Shown: in pieces, positions 12,001 to 16,029 of the stretch
Numbering within the stretch: the first letter of the stretch is position 1
Layout of the letters: each line of letters begins with the position of its first letter
From: Parcubacteria group bacterium
GTDB lineage: Bacteria; Patescibacteriota; Minisyncoccia; Moranbacterales; UBA11712
Length of the DNA stretch: 64,000 bases
Assembly (NCBI GenBank): GCA_041659685.1
Contig: JBAZXV010000008.1
Span: 3,332-67,331 of the forward strand
Direction of reading: 5' to 3'
Position numbers and translations under genes: made by a program
The notes under the pieces: generated by a model
What the model was told of the DNA's origin: nothing
What the model saw: the letters and a program-made list of their open reading frames with translations, nothing else
Databases searched by the model: none

Positions 12001-14763
12001 ATTGGCGTTTTGGTCTGCAGCAGCATTAGTAATTGCTATGGTTGCACCAGAAACTTGAAGATTTCTTGTCGGACTTGTCGTTCCGATGCCGACGTTTCCG
12101 GAGCTTATTATTCGCATCGCTTCCGTTGATGAATAACTTGAGTTAGTTCGTCCAGTTCTAAAAGACAAAAAATTATCGGAAGCAGTGGCGGAACCCGCAA
12201 TATCAATATATCCGCCTACTCCACCATCCTGTAAAAATGACATCTCTTGCGGACGCCCCGTGGTATGCAATACAAAACCAGATTGACCGTTTGTTGCTGT
12301 TGCAGTTAAATCTAGTATTTTATCAGCAGATGAATTTATAGACGCATGGGGGCTCGTCGTCCCGATGCCGACGTTGCCAGTTCTCAAAACAGTAAACACG
12401 TCCACCCCATCACCCAAAGCTTGGTTATTTACTGTGAATCTTCCTTCTGTCGCTCCAGAACCAGCGTTTGTGGAAATACCAGCCGTCACCCATCCAGGCT
12501 TAGTTGCGTGTGAATGGGCAAACAAGTTTATTGCTCCGCCATAACCATTGGAACCAACACCAGCTTGCATCACCAATTGACCCGTGCCCGTGTTGGTATC
12601 AGCAGATTCTCCCATTATTATGTACCTTCTGCTCCCGTCTACTTTTGATAATCTGATATTCCCGTTTACGGACAGCGGGCTGTTCGGCGCTGTCGTTCCG
12701 ATGCCGACGTTGCCGTCATTTTTTATATTCAGGATCGGATTCCCCCATGTTCCTATTTGTATTTGGTTTGTATTGTCCAAATTGCCTACATACATATCCG
12801 TTGCAGTTTGCTGATTGAAAAATATCAGTCCGCCAGAACCGCTTGCATTTGAGTTAAATTCAAGAGTGGCTCCGCTACCCGTCCCTAATTTGGCATTTCC
12901 TGCCACATGCAACAGCGAGCTTGGGCTCGTCGTCCCGATGCCAACGTTGCCCGCTATGTATCCGTTTCCGCTAAGCCACAGGTCTGACCATTTAGCGGTT
13001 GAAACTCCTAAACTTATCATGCCAGTACTAGAAACATAGGGTCTGAAGGCGCCATTAGTTAAAACAACATTGCCCCCATCTGCTCCTCCGTTTGCCTTCA
13101 AGTTGAAGTTTCCGCTTGTCCCCGCTAAAAATGTAAAATCCGGACCAGTTCCATTGGTTGTAATGCTCAATTGCCCTACGCTGTTCACAGCGAATTGGGT
13201 GTAATTTGAAGCATCGTATCCCAATCTTAATTGTTCTGTGGTTTTAAATACATGTAATGCCGCTCCCGGCGCGGTCGTCCCGATGCCGACATTGCCACTT
13301 GCTCCGGCATAGAAAGTTCCGGCGCCATATGCCGCGACTCCTCCGAGATATACATTTCCGGAAGTATCAATTCTGAAGCGAGTGGCTGGCGTTGTGCCGT
13401 CTTCAATAATGAAATTGTCATCTCCTCCGTTCTGTCCCACTCCCATATACCAATTTCGGCTGTCAGTTTGAATGGAAGTATAAGTATTGGCGTCGGCTGT
13501 TCCGCCAACCACCAGTTTATATTGTGGATTCGTTGTCCCGATCCCGACGTTGCCGTTATTTAAAATAACCATTTTTGACCCGTTACTTCCAGTCGAACCA
13601 ACCCTAAAGTCATAACCATAAGAATTTAAAACTAGTGCCTGGTCGCCTGCTCCTCCAATATTGGATATGCCCAAAGTAGCACCAGTATATCCGCTCCTTG
13701 AAAGCTGCATTGAATCATTCCATGCCGAGCCATAAACATCCAACTTCGCCCCCGGCGTCGTTGTTCCGATCCCGAGGTTGCCGTTTTGTAAGATTGTCAT
13801 TGCTTCTGTGCTTCCCATCTGAAAACGCAATCTACCTGCTCCACTTTCCATCATAATACGCCCCGACAAATCATTCATTTGTCCGAAACTCATATAATCA
13901 GCACCAACCAAATCTCCGTTAGAAGCATCGAAATACATCAAACTGTCACCCGAACCCGTATTCGCAATGAGAGTAGTAGTTCCTCCTGCAGATGAATCGC
14001 TTATGGTTAACTTTTGCCCCGGAGTCGCGGTTCCAATCCCGACGTTGCCGCCCGTGAAAGTCGCGGCGTATCCCGTTCCTGACTGAGCGACTTTGAGCGC
14101 CGTACCGGTTCCCCCGCCGGAGCCATACACGACGCTCAAAGCACTGTTTGTCCCGCTCGCGGGATTGTAATTTATATTCGCCGCGTCTTGTGCGGCCCCA
14201 GTGTTGTCGATATCGATGAATCCATCCCCGACCACGTTCAGCGAATTGATGGCTTGGGGAACCGCGCCTAGTCTTTTGCGGGGGGACATTTCCGCGTCTG
14301 AGTCGACCGTCACGCCGAGATAATATGTGTCTTGGTCAAAGTTTAGATTCAATGCATTGCCATTTCCGCTTCCGAGCATCACCGAAAAAATTCCCTTGCT
14401 GACTGCTACTGCGTTCCCGTTCACTGCCGTATACGTCCCGGTCCAGAGGAGATTTCCGTTTTCGGCCGCGTCATACAGCTTGAAAACCATGTCATAGTTC
14501 CCATCCGCCACCGCCACGTTCGAAGTGTTCGTGAGTTTTCCCTGATAATTCATCTGCCGGTTGACCGCCGCTTGAGAGAAGTAGGCAAAGCAAAAAAACC
14601 CGACTGAAACAATCAGCCCCGTTCGAACCACCCGTCCGATTCGTATTATTTTTCCCACTTGCCCCTTCAACCCCATTTTTCCCGTTTCACCCTTTTCATC
14701 CATTTTTTCAGTTTTGTTTCTTGTTTTGTTTCTCACTTGAGATTCAGTTCCCTCGATTCCCAT
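1..14763 (-). CDS. giant secreted/cell-surface protein, >4,900 aa within the window (C-terminus beyond window start): signal/TM segment + GNVGIGTT beta-helix repeats + 5 LamG-like domains + 2 Kelch-like propellers
   Basis: The minus-strand frame whose codon first bases fall on coordinates divisible by 3 is open with no stop at every point translated: 1-1380, 1681-1800, 2341-2460, 2976, 4347, 9135, 12714 and 14521-14763. Translation gives GSIGIGTTSPNEKLTVNG...KLLLHADG...GYMDEVRVSKGTARWTSNFTPP and GNVGIGTTSP motifs. In-frame stops at 14766-14768 and 14773-14775 are followed by in-frame ATGs at 14763, 14703 and 14676. A basic-then-hydrophobic N-terminus (KIIRIGRVVRTGLIVSVGFFCFAY) follows. No complete minus ORF in this frame is listed in the track, consistent with an ORF that leaves the window without a stop. 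Confidence 0.8.
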   Translation of the reverse strand, partial: MGIEGTESQVRNKTRNKTEKMDEKGETGKMGLKGQVGKIIRIGRVVRTGLIVSVGFFCFAYFSQAAVNRQMNYQGKLTNTSNVAVADGNYDMVFKLYDAAENGNLLWTGTYTAVNGNAVAVSKGIFSVMLGSGNGNALNLNFDQDTYYLGVTVDSDAEMSPRKRLGAVPQAINSLNVVGDGFIDIDNTGAAQDAANINYNPASGTNSALSVVYGSGGGTGTALKVAQSGTGYAATFTGGNVGIGTATPGQKLTISDSSAGGTTTLIANTGSGDSLMYFDASNGDLVGADYMSFGQMNDLSGRIMMESGAGRLRFQMGSTEAMTILQNGNLGIGTTTPGAKLDVYGSAWNDSMQLSRSGYTGATLGISNIGGAGDQALVLNSYGYDFRVGSTGSNGSKMVILNNGNVGIGTTNPQYKLVVGGTADANTYTSIQTDSRNWYMGVGQNGGDDNFIIEDGTTPATRFRIDTSGNVYLGGVAAYGAGTFYAGASGNVGIGTTAPGAALHVFKTTEQLRLGYDASNYTQFAVNSVGQLSITTNGTGPDFTFLAGTSGNFNLKANGGADGGNVVLTNGAFRPYVSSTGMISLGVSTAKWSDLWLSGNGYIAGNVGIGTTSPSSLLHVAGNAKLGTGSGATLEFNSNASGSGGLIFFNQQTATDMYVGNLDNTNQIQIGTWGNPILNIKNDGNVGIGTTAPNSPLSVNGNIRLSKVDGSRRYIIMGESADTNTGTGQLVMQAGVGSNGYGGAINLFAHSHATKPGWVTAGISTNAGSGATEGRFTVNNQALGDGVDVFTVLRTGNVGIGTTSPHASINSSADKILDLTATATNGQSGFVLHTTGRPQEMSFLQDGGVGGYIDIAGSATASDNFLSFRTGRTNSSYSSTEAMRIISSGNVGIGTTSPTRNLQVSGATIAITNAAADQNANLFFGKVDGSDGWSIGQGITANDGSFKLYDNQGGKVVMTVEQGNAANTLYLKSDNIGIGTTTPGSKLEVAGQVKITGGTPGLNKVLTSDANGLASWTSVASVGVSSVTNSDGTLTISPTIGDVVASLNLGHANTWTGAQTFSANTYFPGSGIWDTNGNVGIGTTSPGSKLVVVGNESLRGNLVFSSELTERFIMGDTNSGAIRIRGNSSSATDRNVQFGHVDNNGVWESYMTVADGGNVGIGTTAPGMLLHVYGAPTSATMAKFVASSDTRNSIAVYNSSYYNQLGTYASTNTYYAGANSGFISAEAGLSILTNSANPITFATNGSINTGANEWMRITSAGNVGIGTTNPTSKLSFGANSTISTATVDASDSDVLTITGGGVAGNTRGATIYLYGNEHANVGSLILEAGDKSNGNMLFKVNAAQVMTIYQPSAVANTLVLKAGNVGIGTTSPGAKLTVSGGSILLDNEQALTAKDSGGTARQLAYFSSGNNVYIGDNTSAAMTIRSSGDTVIRAGGTNDVLVMTGSGAVANSLYIKQGNVGIGTTSPGAKLEVAGSAFVNGGGLTVYNPTTAQIILNARPTLSDDSSNIILQSSGSATGTYTGRFSVYTNHGSGLWSEKFVVTNQGNVGIGTTNPGAKLDIVGSDNVVTLKLSDYASGGNAQKDAFIAMAHKTDAEEPVALIQGRSDGTNNKVWIGGAGASFNMENAATEIGFFTAANDTTLNGSERMTIRSNGDVTMNGNVGIGTTSPSAKLTVAGDIFPSVDDTYNLGDDTHRWSDLFLGPATLHIGSSTSDEYTLSYNTTANTLGFNVNGTGDPEIVFDSSGNLGLAASAYLNFGTTIGSSGYGIRDNAGILQYKASGGTWTNIGSGSSTSSTAASWSTLTDPSTNLSLPMSAFTTVFNWATGTGTSDLFSLTTDNSANGTGSLLNLQTGASSTVSPLRVRGGSTEALYVNSSGSVGIGTISPNEKLTVNGVMSLAEQASSPSATSGFGKLYATQSGGNDTYTKFLLHADGTGNSFTDSESTPKTITANGDAIQSATQSEFGGKSAYFDGSGDSLSVADSNDWTFGSGDFTVDFWAYSSNFATGTEQEFVAQSNYGSASLTRWVVGADATGHAFANFWTDGTSVTVGITSSNVLSNSNWHHVAWVRNGTSFKLYVDGVERGSGTSSATINDAAQPLTIGMNDYSSNHYYFAGYIDELRVSKGTARWTSAFTPPTQAYNTTGLFYKTAGGTEYELGGSGGGSSFSNLWGQNGTNLYYTSGNIGIGTTSPLAALDMTGGLILRGSNNYLNFGSLTGTNGYGLRDNGGTIEYKNSGGDWATFGAVGGGWTDAGSNVYLSSVSDNVGIGTTTPNEKLTVNGVMSLAEQASSPSATSGYGKLYAMAMTGNDSYTTLLLHADGSGTTFTDSSASAHAMTAGGNSTQSSTQYEFGGKSAYFDGTGGVTTPATADFNFGSGDFTVDFWARVSVVGSYQYFIGDLNSAGNDHEWHFYLDSSNNIVFSTKDTGNILRYVKSTTTVSANTWYHISGVRSGSTLYLFINGTSEVGSGSTTNIGASALKNFVSTNLGIGKLGDYAGNYLNGYMDEVRISKGTARWTSAFTPPTRAYGSGTSLAFKDSSGTETILGSTGGASGLTSPWGTNSSSLYYTGGNVGIGTTSPAAALSVVGNAILSGSSRYLNFGSTSGSSGYGIFDNNGTLQIKNSGGSWTNIPTASASQWTNNGNNIYFTTGSVGIGTTIPNHTFDIAGNLGLSTSAYLNFGATDGGTGYGLRDNAGTLQFKNSSGNWEDIGSGTSTLSWSVLTDPSTNSYLGMGDYSTNLNWTTGTGTSDLFSLTTDNLADGTGSLLNVQTGASSSLSPLRVRAGSTEALYINNSGNVGIGTTAPNEKLTVNGAMSLAESAAAPDVTSGFGKLYAVPLSGNDSYTKLLLHADGTGATFTDSSSSGKTVSAAGTATQSTTQYKFGGESASFSSGYLSTTDSTDWTWDGDFTVDFWFRLNSTTNNFFLTSAGSLPNPSLRIMYDASNGWNLYDGAANHAFSDSLSTGVWYHAAVVRTNGVVKVFRDGAQKGSDWATSATFDMSASGLYIGADWNGGTSFNGYMDEYRISKGIARWTSAFTPPTRAYGSGGVLAYKDSLGTETVLAGASGSGASSLWGQNGTSAYYTSGNVGIGTTAPLAKLDLAGSGILSGLNNYLNFGSTAGTSGYGLRDNNGTMEYKNQSGAWVAIGSGGGGTTSMSMQEDGWADSGSTLPAALYGSQTAVIGDYVYLFGGYNSNIIYRAPVSSPTSWTNTGSTLPGNLGYSQVAIIGDYVYLFGGNIAGTTTNVIYRAPLSNPTSWANTGSTLPGNLDGSQVAIIGDYIYLFGGYNGGGNTNVIYRAPLSNPTSWANTGSTLPTNLTWSQLAVIGDYVYLFGGYGTATIYRAPVSNPTSWASTGSSIPGTLSYSQAMIVGDKIYQLGGYLGSSVYTNVMYSASVSSPTTWTNTGKTLPSNLYLSQVAAVGNYAYLFGGNNGSVGIGTIYRTPILNGGPSLASNASWKYATSSAAGIWTANTNGSIYYTGGNVGIGNNAPNHALDITGNFGLSANGYFNWGTADGTNGYGFRDNAGTLQFKNSGGIWTNLGAGAGSSSWSALTAPSTNLSLNMGTYSSAFNWTTGTGSSDLFSLTTDNSANGTGSLLNLQTGASSTLSPLRIRAGSTEALFAGNTGNVGVGTISPNEKLTVNGNISIAESMNAPDATSGFGKLYAVGGIGGNDSYTKLLLHADGTGATFTDSEATPKTVTAYGNATQSSTQSEFGGKSSYFDGTGDYLSLADSSDFAFGAGDFTVDAWVYLTASTVGHRITVFSIGDKGWGLDQRQEITCGITNNQLDFRAETGSGYAWTTITEGTVPLNQWVHVAYVRSGSSVFGFINGVKTSTSTTSFSFTVNNYIRIGGFYSRGSEYQDDVANYKDEIRVSKGIARWTSNFTPPNQAFDVGKHLAYKDSDGNITALTGGSSGASSQWGTNGSSLYYNSGNVGIGTTAPLAKLDLAGSGILSGLNNYLNFGSTAGNSGYGIRDNNGTMEFRNSNGAWMAMGSSSGTGSTGMKEDEWVDTGATLPGVLAHSQTAVIGDYVYLFGGTNASAATNVIYRAPVSNPTSWTNTGATLPGNLQQSQVAVIGDYVYLFGGVSASAITNVIYRAPVSDPTSWSNTGSTLPGNLQASQVAVIGDYVYLFGGHNGSAYTNVIYRAPVSNPTSWENTGSTIPGNLAYSHVAVIGGYVYLFGGTLNGPVTNVIYRAPVSNPTSWVNTGATLPASIGMSQVAVIGDYVYLLGGYTSGAISTIYRAPVSNPTSWVSSGATLPANLYASQTAVVGGYVYLFGGGNASYNSVIYRAPIYNNGPDLASNSDWKYYATSSTATGVWTANPDGSIYHTGGSVGIGNATPNHALDVIGNIGLAANGYFNWGTADGTNGYGFRDNAGTLQFKNSGGAWTNFGGAGSSTWSALTAPSTALSLNMGTYSTAFNWATGTGTSDLFSLTTDNSANGTGSLLNLQTGASSTVSPLRVRAGSTEALFANSTGSIGIGTTSPNEKLTVNGVMSLAEQTSSPSATSGFGKLYAMSPLAGNDSYTKLLLHADGMGATFTDSSSSAKTVTANGDATQSTTKSEFGGKSAYFDGTGDYVSVPDSDDWDYGSGDFTIDMWVNRNNAGVLDRIIDQWVDTSNYFSVYIDTGNQLNTYLNISGSTVIGFHSTITIPATTWTHIAIVRSGGVVTQYINGVASGTASTNTWSTFAAPVEIGRVVYGPTYFSGYMDEVRVSKGTARWTSNFTPPTRAYGASALAFKDSSGNETVLGSSSSGSGASSLWGQNGSNIYYTSGNVGIGTTSPLAALDLTGSAILRGSNNYLNFGSLTGTNGYGIFDNNGTLQFKNSGGSWTNLGGAGSSTWSALTAPGTSLSLNMGTYSSAFNWATGTGTSDLFSLTTDNGANGTGSLLNLQTGASSTLSPLRVRAGSTEALFANSTGSIGI
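560..1190 (-). other. LamG-like domain 5
   Basis: Directly translated: KLLLHADGMGATFTDSSSSAKTVTANGDATQSTTKSEFGGKSAYFDGTGDYVSVPDSDDWDYGSGDFTIDMWV...GYMDEVRVSKGTARWTSNFTPPTRAY. Confidence 0.7.
2000..2760 (-). repeat. Kelch-like beta-propeller, 5-6 blades
   Basis: Translated blade: TSWSNTGSTLPGNLQASQVAVIGDYVYLFGGHNGSAYTNVIYRAPVSNP. The unit recurs every ~144 nt at about 2021, 2161, 2301, 2445 and 2585. Confidence 0.6.
3085..3745 (-). other. LamG-like domain 4
   Basis: Translation gives KLLLHADGTGATFTDSEATPKTVTAYGNATQ...KDEIRVSKGIARWTSNFTPP. Anchor motifs lie at 3720-3745 and 3111-3135. Confidence 0.6.
4440..5290 (-). repeat. Kelch-like beta-propeller, about 6 blades of about 48 aa
   Basis: A 144-nt periodic DNA repeat is seen at about 4550, 4725, 4855, 5000 and 5145, with the same repeat unit as the 2000-2760 propeller. 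Confidence 0.55.
5630..6235 (-). other. LamG-like domain 3
   Basis: The plus strand reads cgtcagcatgaagaaggagctt (HADG) at about 6205-6235 and ggaggagtgaaagcggaggtccagcg (RWTS.FTPP) at about 5651-5680. Confidence 0.55.
7180..7830 (-). other. LamG-like domain 2
   Basis: The KLLLHADG-encoding segment is at 7801-7830 and the RWTSxFTPP-encoding segment at 7201-7230. Confidence 0.55.
8330..8990 (-). other. LamG/Concanavalin-A-like jelly-roll domain 1 of the giant protein
   Basis: A KFLLHADG-type start sits near 8950-8990 and a DE(V/I)R(V/I)SKG.ARWTSNFTPP end near 8351-8380 (plus-strand ggcggagtgaaagcggaagtccaacg). Confidence 0.6.
9560..14100 (-). repeat. about 16 tandem beta-helix-type repeats (77-117 aa each), each carrying a GNVGIGTT(S/A)P...KL.V.G motif; N-terminal half of the giant protein
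   Basis: The plus-strand motif ccgat(g/c/t)ccgac(g/a)ttgcc (reverse complement GNVGIG) recurs at about 9768, 10120, 10375, 10662, 10965, 11278, 11516, 11828, 12082, 12362, 12698, 12930, 13280, 13535, 13765 and 14030. All copies are in the same frame. Confidence 0.7.
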
Positions 14764-14786
14764 TTTTTATTTCTAAATATTTTTGA

Positions 14787-14814
14787 ATTTTACACTGTCA
14801 TTTTTCGCTTTGAA
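14787..14814 (-). promoter_or_regulatory. candidate sigma70-like promoter for the giant gene (TTCAAA-N16-TAAAAT on the minus strand)
   Basis: The minus strand reads ttcaaagcgaaaaatgacagtgtaaaat in the 52-nt spacer between the HTH-gene stop (14816) and the first in-frame ATG (14763). Confidence 0.3.
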
Positions 14815-14815
14815 C

Positions 14816-15238
14816 TTATTTCGGAACCACTGTCACTGATCCCACTTCCTCCGGATTATCCGCGTGAATTATGAGGTTATTATTTGCATCTTTCTCAACT
14901 TTAATATCGCTTTCCGAATTGATTCCCCGATAATTCCAGGAAATTATCACAAGTATGAAAATTGCAACCAGCACAACAGCCCATTTGAGATTGAGAACGG
15001 CTTTTTTTTGCTCAAAGGCCGGGATATTTGCGTTTAGTGATTCCTGCCGGCGATAGTTCGCCTCCGCTACCCGATCGGTGTATTTTTCAACCGTTTCTTT
15101 CGTCGTAAACCACTTGCCGTCTTTTTTAAATCCCTCCAATTTTCCTTTTCTCACCAAAAGACTCAGATAGTCCGCGCTATAAGGAGAATTTTTACTGGCT
15201 TCTTGCAGTGTAATTAGATTTTTTTCTTCAGCTCCCAT
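14816..15238 (-). CDS. membrane-tethered DNA-binding protein: N-terminal excisionase/MerR-like HTH, one TM helix, short extracytoplasmic tail
   Basis: LITLQEASKNSPYSADYLSLLVRKGKLEGFKKDGKWFTTKETVEKY resembles an HTH_17-type motif, followed by a hydrophobic WAVVLVAIFILVIISW segment. The gene is co-oriented with and 52 nt upstream of the giant gene. Confidence 0.55.
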   Translation of the reverse strand: MGAEEKNLITLQEASKNSPYSADYLSLLVRKGKLEGFKKDGKWFTTKETVEKYTDRVAEANYRRQESLNANIPAFEQKKAVLNLKWAVVLVAIFILVIISWNYRGINSESDIKVEKDANNNLIIHADNPEEVGSVTVVPK

Positions 15239-15258
15239 TTTTTTGATATTTAAGGTAA

Positions 15259-15300
15259 CTCGATATCATATCCGATACTGTATCGACACCAGAATTATAG
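15259..15300 (-). promoter_or_regulatory. candidate promoter/operator of the HTH gene: extended -10 (TGcTATAAT) followed by two adjacent palindromes (CGATACAGTATCG, GATATGATATC)
   Basis: The minus strand reads gtgcTATAATtctggtgtCGATACAGTATCGGATATGATATCgag immediately upstream of the ATG at 15238. Confidence 0.35.
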
Positions 15301-15303
15301 CAC

Positions 15304-15332
15304 AAAAAAAGGCCTGCCAACAGCCTTTTTTA
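15304..15332. terminator. rho-independent terminator hairpin, A-tract/stem/T-tract and symmetric
   Basis: The sequence aaaaaaaGGCcTGccaaCAGCCtttttt lies downstream of the RAYT gene on the minus strand. Confidence 0.55.
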
Positions 15333-15348
15333 ACCAAGTTATCCACAC

Positions 15349-15376
15349 CCCACTTAGACACTCAGTGTCTAAGTGG
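15349..15376. repeat. REP-like palindrome type 1 (ccaCTTAGAcactcagtgTCTAAGtgg); overlaps the RAYT stop codon
   Basis: A perfect 27-nt palindrome. Its reverse complement recurs at 15817-15841. Confidence 0.7.
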
Positions 15377-16019
15377 ATTCATCTGATTTTTCCATAAATT
15401 CAACATCCCCTTTTCGCCTCAAGATGGCCTCAAGAGACATTTTTGAAAACTCTTCATATTCCTTGAAATTTGGAAATTGATCGCAAATTATACTTTTCTC
15501 GCAAAAGCCGGTTTTTCGCCACTTTTCGTATTCGGACCAGCTACTCAGGAAAATCCCACCAACATCTTCCATTTTATGCACTTTATAGTTCAAATTGACA
15601 TAAGTTGAGGCGTAAAGCAACTGTTTATTGGTTTTAATATGGACTGACTGGAAAGGGCCCTGAAAAAGCACTCCATTCCTCTTATGCCTGTGATTGAAAT
15701 ATTTCGTATACCCGTTTCCGATTTTGTGCATAAATTTTTCAATTCCTTTATCTGAAACTTGCTCAAGAATCAGATGATAATGGTTCGGATTGAGACAAAA
15801 ACACACTATATTTACCCACTTAGACACTGAGTGTCTAAGTGACTTATTCTTGTGAAAAGAGCTGACATAGATACCGCCATATGATTCAACCCGATTGAAT
15901 TCAGACATACTCTGCAAAAATCGGGAAATGTCTTTTTTATCGAGAAAAACAGGTCTTTTCTCAACACCTCGGTTATAGACATGATAGTACTCTCCGTTTA
16001 CTAATTGCACTTTTCTCAT
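15369..16019 (-). CDS. HUH (Y1) tyrosine transposase, IS200/RAYT-like
   Basis: 216 aa. GEYYHVYNRG N-terminus, HUH motif NPNHYHLIL and a Tyr region GNGYTKYFNHRH. A paralog lies at 22688-23347. Confidence 0.7.
   Translation of the reverse strand: MRKVQLVNGEYYHVYNRGVEKRPVFLDKKDISRFLQSMSEFNRVESYGGIYVSSFHKNKSLRHSVSKWVNIVCFCLNPNHYHLILEQVSDKGIEKFMHKIGNGYTKYFNHRHKRNGVLFQGPFQSVHIKTNKQLLYASTYVNLNYKVHKMEDVGGIFLSSWSEYEKWRKTGFCEKSIICDQFPNFKEYEEFSKMSLEAILRRKGDVEFMEKSDEST
15817..15841. repeat. REP-like palindrome type 1, inverted copy, lying inside the RAYT coding sequence (encodes SLRHSVSKW)
   Basis: cacttagacactGagtgtctaagtg is the exact reverse complement of the 15349 copy. The paralog at 22688 lacks this segment. 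Confidence 0.65.
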
Positions 16020-16029
16020 AGAGTCTTTG

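Noticed and set aside
91-13039. Dozens of 60-250-aa ORFs on both strands in the ORF track (for example 1417-2175 +, 3970-4419 +, 3852-4394 -, 6393-7010 -).
   Set aside because: They lie in the wrong frames of a GC-rich region. Their translations are low-complexity R/P/S/A-rich strings. The single open minus-strand frame encoding LamG/Kelch/beta-helix motifs explains the whole region, so these are shadow ORFs.
9560-14100. Regular about 230-350-nt repeats with a conserved 17-nt core, checked as a possible CRISPR array.
   Set aside because: The units are coding, in frame and of variable spacing. They translate to GNVGIGTT beta-helix repeats. There are no non-coding repeat-spacer units and no cas genes.
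1-14763. Possibility that the fragmented ORF calls reflect an alternative genetic code (UGA=Gly as in some CPR).
   Set aside because: The true frame is open under the standard code. All housekeeping genes (leuS, atpA, atpD, glmS) are intact with the standard code. No recoding is needed.
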